From the NCBI GenBank assembly GCA_951406725.2, contig OX597834.1:17298001-17362000 (forward strand): a stretch of 64,000 nucleotides of DNA. Reading direction: 5' to 3'. Both the position numbers and the translations under genes were made by a program. This DNA is from Octopus vulgaris (lineage: Eukaryota). The notes beneath the pieces were generated by a model that had not been told where the DNA came from, did not search any database, and was given only the letters and a program-made list of their open reading frames with translations. This document shows positions 1 to 14,079 of the stretch, piece after piece. Numbering within the stretch: position 1 is the stretch's first letter; every line of letters begins with the position of its first letter.

Positions 1-245
1 GCATATCCGAAATGAGGTAATTTGAGAATGAATCTGGGCAAGCTATGTGATCACAGAAGGCTGAAAGCACCAGATTGGACATGCTGCAAGGTTAACAGGT
101 AACAGGTGGGCTTGTACAGTTACTCGGTGGTAGCCAAGAAATTGGAAAACACCACTTCGAAGGTTTCCACAAAATGGGAAGACAAATTAAAGGATTTGGG
201 CTGAAATGGAAAAGAGTGGTGCAATCAAGAACAACCATGAAACCA
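1..245 (+). mobile_element. Degenerate 3' end of an RTE-clade LINE ORF
   Basis: Translates as IGHAARLTGNRWACTVTRW*PRNWKTPLRR then, after a frameshift, KWEDKLKGFGLKWKRVVQSR. This matches the RTE C-terminal pattern GHxARxxDxRWxxxVxxWxPRxxKRxxGRPxxRWxD. Confidence 0.75.
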
Positions 246-1035
246 ATGGTTAACAAATGTGGACGTCCAAACTGTGGAACATGCCCCAACCTACTGGAAG
301 GCTTGGAATTCCAATTCGAACAAGGAGAGAGGTTCACAATTAAGACCAATTTCACTTGTACATTTGAAAATTTAATTTGTTGTAACTTGTTCAGATTGTG
401 GACACAACTATATCAGACAGACAAGTATGTCACTTAGATGGAGAACCACACTACATAAGGAATAGATTGGTTTCCCAAAATATAGACAGGTACCTTTGAG
501 TGAACACAGATGTGCAAGGTATCTCCAACCAAATTTCAGTTTTCCCCATCTACCAGTGCAAAGAAACAATTACTGTACAAGAACATTTAAATAAAGAAAA
601 TTTATTTATCGAAAAATACAGAACATGAGCAGAATCAGCTTTGGTCTCAGTATATATTTTAATTCATGATCACGTATCATTCACTGTACATATTTCATCT
701 CACTACTTTAGCTCATGAGTTTTTGTTATGTTCGTTTATCCCACCCAAAATATGAGCAATTATACCCCCTGTCCCAAATAATAGTTATCACCAGTTACTT
801 CCTCTTAAATTTTTGTGCTTTCATACAAAAATATGGACTAAAAAGTTCGTAAGAAAATATAAAATCACAATTTCAATGTCGTGATTAGCGAAAATGAAAC
901 CTGTAGACAACCACAATACTCTTTCATTTAAAATATATTAAAACTATGTAAATCGTATGCATTTTCCTTTTATTACAATTCACCAAATGGGGATAATCGA
1001 AATTCTCTTCTGTTTTATATAATTTACACACACAT

Positions 1036-1192
1036 GACAGGCTTCTTTCAGTTTCCTTCTACTAAATCCACTGGCAAGGCTTTGGTTGCCCTGGGGCTAT
1101 AGTAGAAGACACTTGCTGAAGGTCCCATGCAGTGAGACTGAACCTGAAACTATGTGGCTTGGAAGCAAACTTCTTACCAGACAGCCACTCTT
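1036..1192 (-). mobile_element. SINE family A, 5' portion
   Basis: Reverse complement of the tRNA-like head and body seen intact at 6781-7182. Confidence 0.8.
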
Positions 1193-2209
1193 CCTATATA
1201 TAAACACACAGGGTTATAGTGTTGGGTGTGAATAGATATTATTCACAGCTAAACAAAAAATTGGTGCAAATGTCGATTGAAAAGGAATAGCATTTTATAA
1301 GATTTCCACTTTAGAAGTCACTGTTATAAATATTACTGGAATTTTTATGAAGTGTTGTGACAAAAATCACTATCTGTATACTTTACTAAATGCCTTTTAT
1401 AGTTAATATTTCAATTATAAATGGATTTGGTATTGTTTGATTATTGGAATATAGTTATGTTACTAGTATTTATTTTACAGTAGAAGCTGAACTCAAGAAA
1501 TAGATAAGGCAATGAATTAGAGATTTATTAAAAGAGAAAAAAAGATTGATCCTATCTGTCTACATTTTTTGATTTGTTTGACCAGAATATCAAATCAAAA
1601 ATAAAGCATACAATGGTTACATCTGTAAGCTTAAGCATGTACACACACAAAGACATACATACACATATATAGACATGCATGTATCCATGCAGGTAAAAAT
1701 AAAAACAAATTGATAGTACTATATACATATATACATACTACTATATACATAGGAGAGAGAGAGAGTGTATTTTATAATTTGATGCTTAGACTGTCATTCA
1801 AGTTTTTATTTAATTTGATTTTGAGAAATATCTTATTCTGTATATACTTTGAGAAAATGAAACGAGATCAATTTACAAAGAAGAGCAAGAAAAATATATT
1901 CGTGAATATAAAACGTTTTTTCTTAAAAACATAATAGGAAAGAGAAATGAAGATATGTTTAAAGAGTGTGTGTATGTGTGTTGAAACAGGTATGATTAAA
2001 TATATTTTTCGTGTGGAATTTATTGAAAGTAGGAAAAATTGAACTTGTTTGAAGGAAATTTTGAAGACATCAGCTATGAATTAATACAAGTTATTGAAGA
2101 AAAGAAGTGATATTTAATGTCTTAAAATAGTAATAATTTTATGTAGGAAATGTAAACAAGTTTGTAATTAGGGAAGTTGATTGAATGCAGTGTCACAAAA
2201 ATAATGATG

Positions 2210-2545
2210 TTTGTTAAAATGTATAAATTTCAAAGCAGAGTATATTGTAAACTTTAATGGTTTGAATAGATTTATTGTTGAAGATGAGTAAATATTTTAA
2301 AGAAACAAATATATATGTTTATATATTATAACATATGTAAATATATATTTTATGTTTGTTAAAATATATAAATTCCAAACAGGCATATATTGTATGATTT
2401 AATTACTTATATAGATTTGTGTTTTAAGATGATTAATATTATAAGGAAACATTTGTTAAAAGATATGTTAAAGTATATAAATATATATATATTTATATAT
2501 TTGTTAAAGAGTATAACAAATTTGAAAGACGATTATATTGTATGC
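2210..2545. repeat. Degenerate ~146-bp tandem repeat (about 2.3 copies) just downstream of the CHS stop
   Basis: tttgttaaa...tataa.tt..aa...tatattgta recurs at ~2210, ~2356 and ~2500, and the intervening blocks are also similar. Confidence 0.6.
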
Positions 2546-2737
2546 TTCGATGGGTTTTTTCAATACTTAAACCCTTAATAGTAACCTTTTGAGCAACTTA
2601 TGAATTAGCGTTAGATTACTGAATGGAATCCTCCAACTATCTAGATTTCTATTTGAAGGTTAATGCTTAAAGAAACATCATAATGTATGATTAATGATCA
2701 AATATTATGACAGACGATTTGTGCCAATGAAAGTTGT

Positions 2738-3786
2738 CTATACAGATGTTTCTTGCAAGAACTGTTTTTCTGTAGTGGAATGTGTTGAATCAGTTGCAAA
2801 TAAAGAAAAATTGCTGCCTTGGCTGTGATGATTGGTATTCGTGTTGGGTTTATTTGAATGAATATTATTCATTTTCGGTTCATTCCATTCAGTGGATTCT
2901 GGATTCCATCTGCCGTGTTCTTCAATGATTTGTCGAGCAGCTGAGTTGCATTTTCGTATCTGCCTGTTGCTCTTTGTGTTTCGTTCAAGAACAGGAAGAG
3001 AGGTTACATGGTGTCCAACTGATCTTTGTTTATATATTACTTGTTCTGATTTACTTTTCGCAAAAGTCCTGCTGGCTATTCTATAGAAATTCTCTTTAAA
3101 ATGCCCTTCTAAAGAATTACATGTTTGGTTGTTGTCAAGGCGATTAACCCATTCCGGTTGTCTTTTATGTTCCAGGTTCAGATAATTGTCACTGCTTGGT
3201 TCCTGGCAGTCTTCTGTTGTTAGTATAGAATCGGTCTCAACTACTTGCTTATCCAGCCGTTGCATGTCACGAATCAATTGTAGAGTGTTAGACTGTGCTT
3301 TCTTTTGCCATGGATGACCGATGTTTAGGTCTATTGATGCTATGATATGGATAATGGTCAACGCACGATGGAAAAGCATTGCTAACATTTGGCAAACGAG
3401 TATCACCCCAAACACTATTACAAATATAACTGAGAGAGGTCGAACTTTATCGTAGGTAACATCTTTGAAATTACAAGAGATCAAGAATGTGAGCTTGTCG
3501 TTAGAAAAGCTGCTATTCTCAAGAGACAATACCAACAAAACAAAAGACATGTTCGCTAACAGGTACAATGTGGCCAGTTTATTCCGGAGTCTTTCCAGGC
3601 TGAACTTTTTTTGCTTCTGGGCTTCAGGATTACTTTTTAAAGGTTGCAGATATTTGTGAATGAAGTCCATCCAAAACTTTGACTCTTGTAGTGAGATGTG
3701 AGCTATTTCACTTTGGCCGAGGACTTCATCATCACACCAGTGGTTTAGATTGACAGTAATGTTGGGGTGGGCATTATTTTCAGTAC
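2738..3786 (-). CDS. CHS: CHS coding exon 14 (last; C-terminal TM helices, stop TAG)
   Basis: Acceptor ccaag|GT, phase 1; GTENNAHP...ESKFWMDFIHKYLQPL...LERLRNK...LFHRALT...QETSV*. Confidence 0.92.
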
Positions 3787-6700
3787 CTTGGCAAAAAGGA
3801 AACAAAAAAAAATAATTAAAAACAAATCATAAATATTTATTGGGGAGATTAGATAAATTTAGTAATTTAGCCATGTCATCTTCATTGTTTTAACTTCTAT
3901 TTTTTAATGCTTGCATGGGTCAGATGAGTCTACATTGTGGAAGAGTTTTGTATTAGCTGGATACCTTACCTGCTGACAAACCTCATGTTTCCAAGCAAGG
4001 TTATAACTATTAGGTGATGTCAAGGTAAGGAGACACAAGCATGTGCATGCACACACTGTGCTTCTTTCAGTTTCCATTTAGCAAAGCCACTTGCAAGGCT
4101 ATAGTGGCTAGAAATAGCAGCTAAATTTACCTCAAACAACTCCATGTCTTCTCAAAAATGACAGGATACATTGAACAATGTAGTCCCTGATATACTTACA
4201 AAAAAGAGTTGGACATGACTAGAATATGTATGATCATAGATCTGATCAGTCAAAATTTGCCTGGGGCTAAACAACAATAGCCCACAATCTATATGGAATG
4301 TTGCCTCTCAAATCCCCTTAATTTTCAGGGATCTTAGAGAGAAAGGATAGTGTCAAGGGCAAACAAAATTTGAACTTGGAAACATGTAATATCGAAATAT
4401 GGCTTCTTTACCCACTGTTCGAATCTTGCATATAGTCTTCAAGTTAATTAACCCGTTTACTGAGGAAATCAGATATATCCACTCAAAATTTCATTATCCT
4501 TAACTGTAGAAAGCACTTTTATACACCAAACTACTTTTTGTTGAGGAATGTCATATTTGGAACTATTTTTTGTTAGTGCAGCTCCTATCAAACCGTTCAA
4601 TCCATGCCAGCGTGGAAAATGGACATTAAATGATTATGTCAAGTTTATTTTAAAAAAATCTATTTTTTAGTAGATATTTAACATTATTACTGGAATAACC
4701 ATAACAAAGGAAAAATTCATTAAGTTACATACCAATTTCTTGAAAGCCAACCGACTCCACTGTGCAAAATGGCTTTTCATGTTTTTGTTGGTTTGTAAGT
4801 TTGTTCAGTTTGGATTCTAGTTCTTGGATGCGTGTCAAAATTTCTTGATGTTGAACATCGCATTGTTCTGGTGTGGATTTCTGGAAACATTTTCGAATGG
4901 CGTTGATGAAGCTGTGGACAGGACATAAATAAGCTTTTGAAATATAAGCATTGTTTCAAAGTCCATTGTTTCACGTTTGCATGAAGAAAATAGAATTCAT
5001 TTAAGCAGATTTTCTATGGCCAAATTTCCTTCCTGAAGGCCAGGAATGTTTGTTACAGAAGATTAGGTCGTTACCCATCACTATGCAACTGGTAAAAATG
5101 TTTGTTAATCAGACACTTACCGTTATAAATTGTTCAACATGAACGTCTGTTTTGCATTGTATATATATTGAAAGAGACAGAAACACGCATACAAACAACC
5201 CCGCCAAAATAATTATATATTGGGTCATCCCATAAATAATACGGTTTTTCTCAATTGCATAAACTAAAAGTCGGAAGGGGACGGGATAAACTACCTGCAT
5301 CGACTTGTTATAAATGCAGGTAGTCATTTTACCTTGTACTTATTCTTAGTGCAAATTTTGAAGAGTGCAGTTTGATTTTAACAGCTATTTTTTAAAGCTA
5401 AAATGGAAGTGACAAAGGAGCATATTCAGCATATTTTGCTTTAGGAGTTCAATAAAGGCAATATCTGGACGTTTAAAGAACTCATTTTATTGAGCCCCTG
5501 AAAGGATAAATACATAACTGACAGTAGCAGGTTTTGAACTCAGAATATAAAGAGGAATAACTAAATGCCACATGGCATTTTGTGGGAAGCCTTGTTGCTT
5601 CTGCCACTTACTGACCTAACGTTGATTTCAAATTTTGGCACAAGGCCAGCAATTTGGGGGCAGGGTGGTGCTGGCCTTAATAGAATTTGAACTCAGAACA
5701 AAGAATTGCAAGTGTTTATAGCAATGCTCTAATGACTGACTGTCAATTCACCAGCCTTCTAATTTTGACACAAGGCCAGCAACTTTGGGGGGACGGGGTA
5801 AGTTGATTGCATCAGTCCCAGTGCTCAACTGGTACTTATTTCAATGACCCCCAAAAGGATAAAAGGCAAAGTTGACCTCGGCAGAATTTGAACTCAGAAT
5901 ATAAAGATGGATGAAATGCTGCTAAGCATTTTGCTTGTCTTCCTAATTATTCTGCTTGCTCACCATCTTCCTTTTGTCACTGTTGAAATACACCAACTTT
6001 ATTTCAATTGATTTTGAAGATAATGAATTTAGTAAAATAATTTTGTCATTGTTAACCTGGTGTTTGGGGCATTAATTAAACTGAAGGAAGCTTTTAATTT
6101 AGACCACTTTAAAGCCTGAACTTTGTTTCAGAATCAGGGGCGCTCTCAGGCGTGTTGGTATCTAAAGGGTTAATTATAACTTTTTAAATTTAAAAATAAA
6201 ACATACCTTTGAAATTTCTTTCGAATTGTTTTACTCATTGGAGAAAGTGCCGAGAAAGACACTCCACTTGAAGACATGTCATGGTTGCCATCAGCTGAAA
6301 GTACTTGCGAGTTTTGTTGCACCACTTCACGAGTACCCCAGGATACAATATGCAAATTTCCCATGGCATAGATTACCAAAATGATGGACATGGTTGGTAC
6401 TGCCAAAAGGAACACAAACCCTCCAAAGATAGCTGAAAACTCTTGCGGATGCAGTAGTGCAGCGGAAACAAATGCCATGAAGACCAAAGTTGCAAATATC
6501 GTTGTTGTTGAACAGAACAAAGAACCAGCAATCTCCAGGCAGAGTCCTGCTAAGACAGTCATCATGACAACGGTGTAGATCATCGTTAAGATTATTGCAA
6601 AGTTCAACTGAAAGGAGAAGAGAGAACAGTAATGTATTCATTGGCACCATTGTCATTGATCGTCCACTTTTCCATGCTTGCATGGGTCAGGCAAAATCTA

Positions 6701-9700
6701 TGGGAGATATGGCTGGTTTAAATGTAAAAGGGTTAAATAAGTCATTTGTTAGATCCTGTTATCATTTCATTCTCACACTGAGGCGCAGGAGTGGCTGTGT
6801 GGTAAGTAGCTTGCTTACCAACCACATGGTTCCGGGTTCAGTCCCACTGCGTAGCACCTTTGGCAAGTGTCTTCTACTATAACCTCGGGCCAACTAAAGC
6901 CTTGTGAGTGGATTTGGTAGACGGAAACTGAAAGAAGCCCGTCGTATATATGTATATATATGTGTGTGTGCGTGTATGTTTGGGTGTCTGTGTTTGTCCC
7001 CCTAGCATTGCTTGACAACCGATGCTAGTGTGTTTATGTCCCCGTCACTTAGTGGTTCGGCAAAAGAGACCGATAGAATAAGTACTGGGCTTACAAAGAA
7101 TAAGTCCTGGGGTCGAGTTGCTCGATTAAAGGCGGTGCTCCAGCATGGCCGCTGTCAAATGACTGAAACAAGTAAAAGAGAGAGTACTGAGGGAAATGAC
7201 AATAGAATCTATTGAAATGATTACACAATATTTCAACAATGTACTACAAGTGTAAAAACTTGTCAAAACAATTGTGATGATTTTTAAGTAAAGACTGTCA
7301 TTTGTTCCATTTTCTGTCATTTATCTAAGTATATGAACTCTACAGATACTATGGAATTCCTCATGCATATCCAGTAGCAGGACCGGTTTCCACTATGTTG
7401 ACATGAGGTAGCCAGCAACTGCAGATGAGCTTTGCAGGGCATACAAAGCTTTTACCTGAATTGTGTTTAACTATATTTCGATGCCAGTGTGACTCAGCTG
7501 TACATGACCCTTCTACAGATATCTGGTGAGGTGAATTCATCTTATGAACCCATGAAACTTAAAGTTACATGGAACTCGGTCAAACATATAAATATTTGCA
7601 ACTCCTACCAAATATGTTAAGTGCCACTTTCTTTTATCCATGTGTGCTTCTGTGCATTAAGGTATCTTTGACAGGTGCAGGTGCCAATTAAACACCCGAG
7701 TCCACACTGTAAAGCGGTTAGCATTTGGAAGGGCATCCAGCTGTAAAATCCATGCCAAAACTGACCCCCGCCTGTGCAAGTGCCACATAAAAAGCACTCA
7801 GCCCACTCTGTGGAGTGGATGGCGTTAGGAAGGGGCATCCAGCCATAAGAACCATGTTAAAACAGACACAGAAGCATGATGCAGGCTCCTGCCTGACCAC
7901 CTGTCAAACCACCCAACCCGTGCCAGCATGGAAGAAGGATGTTAAACAATGATGATGTATATGTGTGTATATCTCTTATTATAAAAGGCAGATTTTATCT
8001 GCCTCCCTTTGTAACTTATAGAAATCTACAATATAGGATTTCTTCAATTACAATTTACCTAGCATTTTTAAGAGTAGAATGCATCGGGTCATGCCAGGTC
8101 CAGTTTTTAAAATTTAAACTCCAATTAAGCAAAATTTACAGAAAACTCACATTCTGGTGTGTATGTCAAATGCTTTTCTTAATGTGGTTTACACCACACG
8201 CACACACACAGTGTGCAACAAATAAAATGAAAGTAAATAGCAACAGAGTGATTTGAGGAAGACTAAACTGAAAGTATTTAAACCACTACTCAAAAAATAA
8301 AAAAACACAGCAAACAGAAACAAATAAATACATAACGATTTACTCCTCACAAAATTTCTTCAATTAGAGTTTACCTAAGATTTTTCAAAGTACTCCATTC
8401 GGTCATGCCATAATATATTTCTTTCAATTTCACCCCCAATTAAGACAAAATTCGAGAAAACTCAATATTTTAACATTTCACTCCGAAAGCATTGATGTAC
8501 ATGTGTGCGTGCGTGAGTGTGTGTGTGTGTGTGTGTGTGTTTGATGGGTTGTGCGACACAGAAAGTGTGGTGTGTAAGTGAAGTGCTTTTGTTAGTGTGT
8601 GTAAAGAGACAGACAGAGTGAAAGACAGAAATAACTGAACTTTTTTTATTCACTTTTTGTAGTGAGTGACAGAGAGAAAAGAGAGAGAGAGGTTATGTAT
8701 GTATATATGTATGTATGGCTTCAGTGACACACACACACAAAAACACATACCTACGTACACCTAAAGCACGCACACACACACACAACACACACACAACAGC
8801 GCGAACTTCAAAATTTTGGTAGTATTAATTTGCGAGCGTACTTCTAAGCGCGCGTAATTGAAAGTTTTCACTATGATATCATCACGTGCGAAAAAATTCG
8901 AAGGGTTTTGAACAATTGAGATACAGATGTCACGCCTGTATTGAAACCATTGCTAAGCTGCCGTAATTGCTTAATTAAGACTTTGTTTAAATTGAAAGGG
9001 GCAAATATGTGACGAGGTTGAAAAAAAATACCCCAGAAAAAAAAATGTACTGCTGGTATTTATATAATTCACTACTATTTTGCTACAATGTCATGAAAAA
9101 GAAAAAATTTAGGTATGTAAATCGAATTCGCCACCCCCTTTTCCCCGTTCGCGTTTGTGTAAAAAAAATTATTATTTAAGTTTTAAAAATTATTTACTTT
9201 GTTCAAAAAATATTAATATTAATTAATTTTCAAGAATTATTTAATTTTATTCTGTAAAATAGTAATTAATTCATTTATCTGTAAATCCGCGAGGTTGTTA
9301 CTCAGGCACCTAGAATGGTAACCTTCAACTAACACTATCTCCTCCGAGACCCTGCGGCGCAAGTTGACCAAAATTGAGAGTATGGTAGAAGAAGGGTTGC
9401 TCTTCCTTCCGTAGAACATAAAATTCAAATCGGACCATGTTAACACCAAAAATTATTTACATCAAAAAGATGCTTTTTTCTATGAAAATCCCTATTTTTT
9501 ACGATTTTTTCACTGCTGTGTCGCCACTTTTCGGTGTATTTCGACCAGAAAAATGTTCACAAAATTTTTACTTTTCAAAATTACAATTCCAGCGGGTCGA
9601 AACAAACCCGAGCAACGCCGGGCGATACTGCTAGTATATATATATATGTGGCACGTAAAAAGCACCAATCTGATCATGGCCGTTGCCAGCCTCGCCAGGC

Positions 9701-12700
9701 ACGTAAAAAGCACCCACTACACTCACGGAGTGGTTGGCATTAGGAAGGGCATCCAGCTGTAGAAACACTGCCAGATCAGACTGGAGCCTGGTGCAGCCTT
9801 CTGGCTTCCTAGATCCCCGGTCGAACTGTCCAACCCATGCTAGCATGGAGAACGGACGTTAAACGATGATGATGATATATATATATATACACATGCACAA
9901 ACATGCATGTGTATTGTCATGTATGGAAAGAACAGGTAGAAGGACTTACCTGTGTATCTGTTGAAGCGTATTTACACAACAATATCATTATTACAATTGG
10001 TACTAAGTTCAGTAAGAATGTCGATGTCAAAGATAAAGCTGGGAAAGCTCTGTTGATGGCACCGACCAGAAGTACAAATATCGTGCCAGGTGAGATAAAC
10101 GATATAGCCATCAATACCGCTTGGTACATCAGGTAGATTAACGAGATGCTGTTGTTTTGTTTCACCACAGTTCTCCAGTCGCTCAGAATGTCATATGTAT
10201 TGGCCAGAGTTGATGGCATCCAACGTCGTCTTTGATTGAAGAACTCTTTGAAACCTTCAGGGGCAAAGGTCATAGCATCTGCTGCGGCACAGTATTCCAC
10301 ACGGTAACCCCTCTTCAGTAAAAGTGTGCTCAACCAGCGATCTTCACCTGGATTGGAATTTTCGATTTAAAAAAAAATTTTAATTGATACAATAATTAAC
10401 AAAAACAAAAAAAAGACATGTAAGGTTCTAAAGGTGTCAGACCTAAATTTAATAAATTCATTTAATTTTCATAATTAAGATGAATTAATTACTGCATACA
10501 AGTGTGGCTTTGTGGTTAGGAAGTTACCTTCCTAAGTACATAGATTTTAGGTTCAGTCCCACCATGTGGCACCCTGGGCAAGTATCTTCTTCTATAACTC
10601 TGGGCTGACTAAAGCCTTGTGGGTGGGGTTAAGTTTCCTACCTAAGTATGTGGTCTTGGGTTCAATCCTGCTGTATGGCACCCTGGGCAAGTGCCTTCTA
10701 CTATATCCCTGGGCTCTCTAAAGCCTTGTGAATGGGTTAAAAAGTTTCCTTCTTAAGTATGTAATTTTAGGTTCAATCCCACTGTGTGGCACCCTGGGCA
10801 ATTGTCTTCTACTATAACCCTGGGCTGACCAAGGCCTTGTGAGTGGGACTAAACATAAAACCATCTGGTTGCAAAGTGAGCTCCTTACCACATGGCCATC
10901 CTGCTAGACATTTTAAGTTAAAATCTTGCCAAGATGTTATGAGCCTACGCTTTTTGACCAAAAGGATTGAGAAAGACAAAAAAAAAAAAACACAATGAAA
11001 ATATATATATATATGTATGTATATGTGTGTGTGTGTATATCTTTGTGTTTGTTTCCCCACCATTGCTTGACAACCAGTGTTGGTGTATTTATGTCAGCAA
11101 AACTTAGCAGCTCGACAAAAGGGACTGATAGAATAAGTACTAGACTTACAAAGAGTAAGTCCTGGGGTTCGATTTCTTCGACTAAAAGTGGTGCTCTAGC
11201 ATGGCCACTATCTAATGACTGAAACAAGTAAAAAAAAAATAGGGTCTATTAAATTAATTATTCTCCTATTCTTTCTTAAATTTATTTGCATTGGACCAAA
11301 GCTACAAGATATTGTTTGTTGTTAAGGTATGTCTCATGTTTTGTAGTCAAAGAACAGGGAGAGCGATAACAGTAGAACAAAGTTACCTTGATCTTTTTGC
11401 AAGTAGTCAATGGGTTGACTTGAGAGACTGGTGTAGGTGCTGAGAATATTGTCATCCATCAGTGCTGAGCCACGGAACAGACTAAAACAACCTGGACTGC
11501 ACAGGACACAACCCATCACGTGTTCGGCAGATTTCTGTAACCAGTGGCTGATGGCGTATTCAAATTTCTGGTACCAGATCAGAGGACCTAAAAGGGATGA
11601 TTTTCTTTTTACCAGGTAGACAAAGGAAAGAGAGACAGGACGAGTGAAAGAGAGAGAGAGAGAGACAGGACGAGTGAAAGAGAGAGAGAGAGAGAGACAG
11701 GACGAGTGAAAGAGAGAGAGAGAGACAGGACGAGTGAAAGAGAGAGAGACAGGACGAGTGAAAGAGAGAGAGAGACAGAGTCAGAACGAGTGAAAGAGAG
11801 AGAGAGACAGAGTCAGAACGAGTGAAAGAGAGAGAGAGACAGAGTCAGAACGAGTGAAAGAGAGAGAGAGAGACAGGACGAGTGAAAGAGAGAGAGAGAG
11901 ACAGGACGAGTGAAAGAGAGAGAGAGAGACAGGACGAGTGAAAGAGAGAGAGAGAGACAGGACGAGTGAAAGAGAGAGAGAGAGAGAGAGACAGGACGAG
12001 TGAAAGAGAGAGAGAGAGACAGGACGAGTGAAAGAGAGAGAGACAGGACGAGTGAAAGAGAGAGAGACAAAGTCAGAATGAGTGAGAGAGAGAGAGAGAC
12101 AGGACGAGTGAAAGAGAGAGAGACAGAGTCAGAATGAGTGAGAGAGAGAGAGACAGGACGAGTGAAAGAGAGAGAGAGACAGAGTCAGAATGAGTGAAAG
12201 AGAGAGAGAGACAGGACTAAAGAATATGAAAATGTACGGAAGAAATATTCTAGAAAATCCTGTCCCAGAAGGCTACATTAATAAAGGAGCTTACCAGAGC
12301 CTACAGGGTGGATTCTACCACATGCTGCACCAACACGAGGATCCTTTTTCATTCGATCGAGTAGTTTTAGAAAGGATGGAGGATGAAATTCAATATCACC
12401 ATCCAAAGTAAGCAAGTAAGTGTTCTCAGCAATTGACCGTTTTAGATGGACTGGGCCATCAATGGACATGATGCGGTAACCAAGGATCCAGTACATGTAC
12501 ATCACCTGTAACATTCAAATATAATACAAATTGCTTGGTGGCATGTGCAAAGATTTTTTTTTTTTTTTTTTCCTACTTGTTTCAGTCATTTTGACTGCAG
12601 CCATGCTGGAGCACCGCCTTTAATCGAGCAACTCGACCCTGGGACTTATTCTTTGTAAGCCCAGTACTTATTCTATTGGTCTCTTTTGCCGAACCGCTAA

Positions 12701-14011
12701 GTGACGGGGACGTAAACATATCAGCATCGGTTGTCAAGCAATGCTAGGGGGACAAACACACAAACACAAACACACACACGCATATATATATATACATATA
12801 TATGACGGGCTTCTTTCAGTTTCCGTCTACCAAATCCACTCACAAGGCATTGGTCGGCCCAAGGCTATAGTAGAAGACACTTGCCCAAGATGCCACGCAG
12901 TGGGATTGAACCCGGAACCATGTGGTTGGTTAGCAAGCTACTTACCACACAGCCACTCCTGCGCCTATATATATATTTTTATTTTTATTTTATCTAGTTT
13001 CAGCTCACGAGCTGTGGCCATGCTGGGGCACCGCCATTTGTTTGATTTGCCTAATAGTGGTTTTATCTCTAATTTAATATATATATTTATATATAATAGA
13101 AAGAGTGAGAGAGAGACATTGGAGTCTGAACCCAGAACCATGTGGTTGGGAAGCAAGTTTTTTACCTCAGCCATGCCTGCACCTATATATATATAATTGA
13201 TGTGTGTGCTGTTAAGAGCGTATTAGTACAAACAGAGCTTGTTCACCCTTAGAATTCCCAAATGGGCGGTAGTATTATTATGTATTATTATGGTAGGCTA
13301 CCAATTCTAGTTTTGGGTATTTGTGTGAAAAGATGTCGACTTTGCCTTTCATCCTTTCGGAGTCGACAAATTAAGTACCAGTTACGCACTGGGGTCGATA
13401 TAATCGACTTAATCCGTTTGTCTGTCCTTGTTTGACCTCTCTGTGTTTAGCCCCTTGTGGGTAGTAAAGAAATAGGTATCTCTACAAAATGGGGGGAGGA
13501 AAAGTCTTCGTTATGTCAACAAGGGATTGTCTCCCTTTGACCGTGATCCGCAATCGAATCTGCCGGGCGAAATGCGTAGCCGTATTTCGTCTGCCGTTAC
13601 GTTCTGAGTTCAAATTCCGCCTATTCGACTTTGCCTTTCATCCTTTCGGGGTCGATAAAATAAGTACCAGTTACGCACTGGGGTCGATATAATCGACTTA
13701 ATCCGTTTGTTTGTCCTCTCTGTGTTTAACCCCTTGTGGGTAGTAAAGAAATAGGTATTTGTGTGAAAATCGTTTACATAATATCATTTAAATTTTAAAT
13801 TAAGTTTAAATCCTATATATACATGGATTTGTATATATCGAAACATTTGTAGTGATTAAAAAGCTGTCTAACTGTACTTTTGACTTTGACTTTATATAAT
13901 AATATATATACATATATATATTAGGGAATAAATCCAAACTTACTTATGTATTGGCTTAAGTTTTTCATTGTATGATTTGCCTAATAGTGGTTTTATCTCT
14001 AATTTAATATA

Positions 14012-14079
<68 letters not shown>

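Noticed and set aside
2738-6607. Mutually exclusive duplicate exon like insect CHS1 exon 8a/8b
   Set aside because: No second homologous exon was seen in the introns near the C-terminal TM region.
11628-12216. Regularly spaced repeat resembling a CRISPR array
   Set aside because: The spacers are only variable-length (GA)n, the context is a eukaryotic intron, and there are no cas genes.
12741-13196. Recurrent MLGGQT...YQIHSQG...EPCGW ORF family, also at 19351, 54209, 58348, 61542 and 62966
   Set aside because: Antisense reading of SINE family A, not a protein family.
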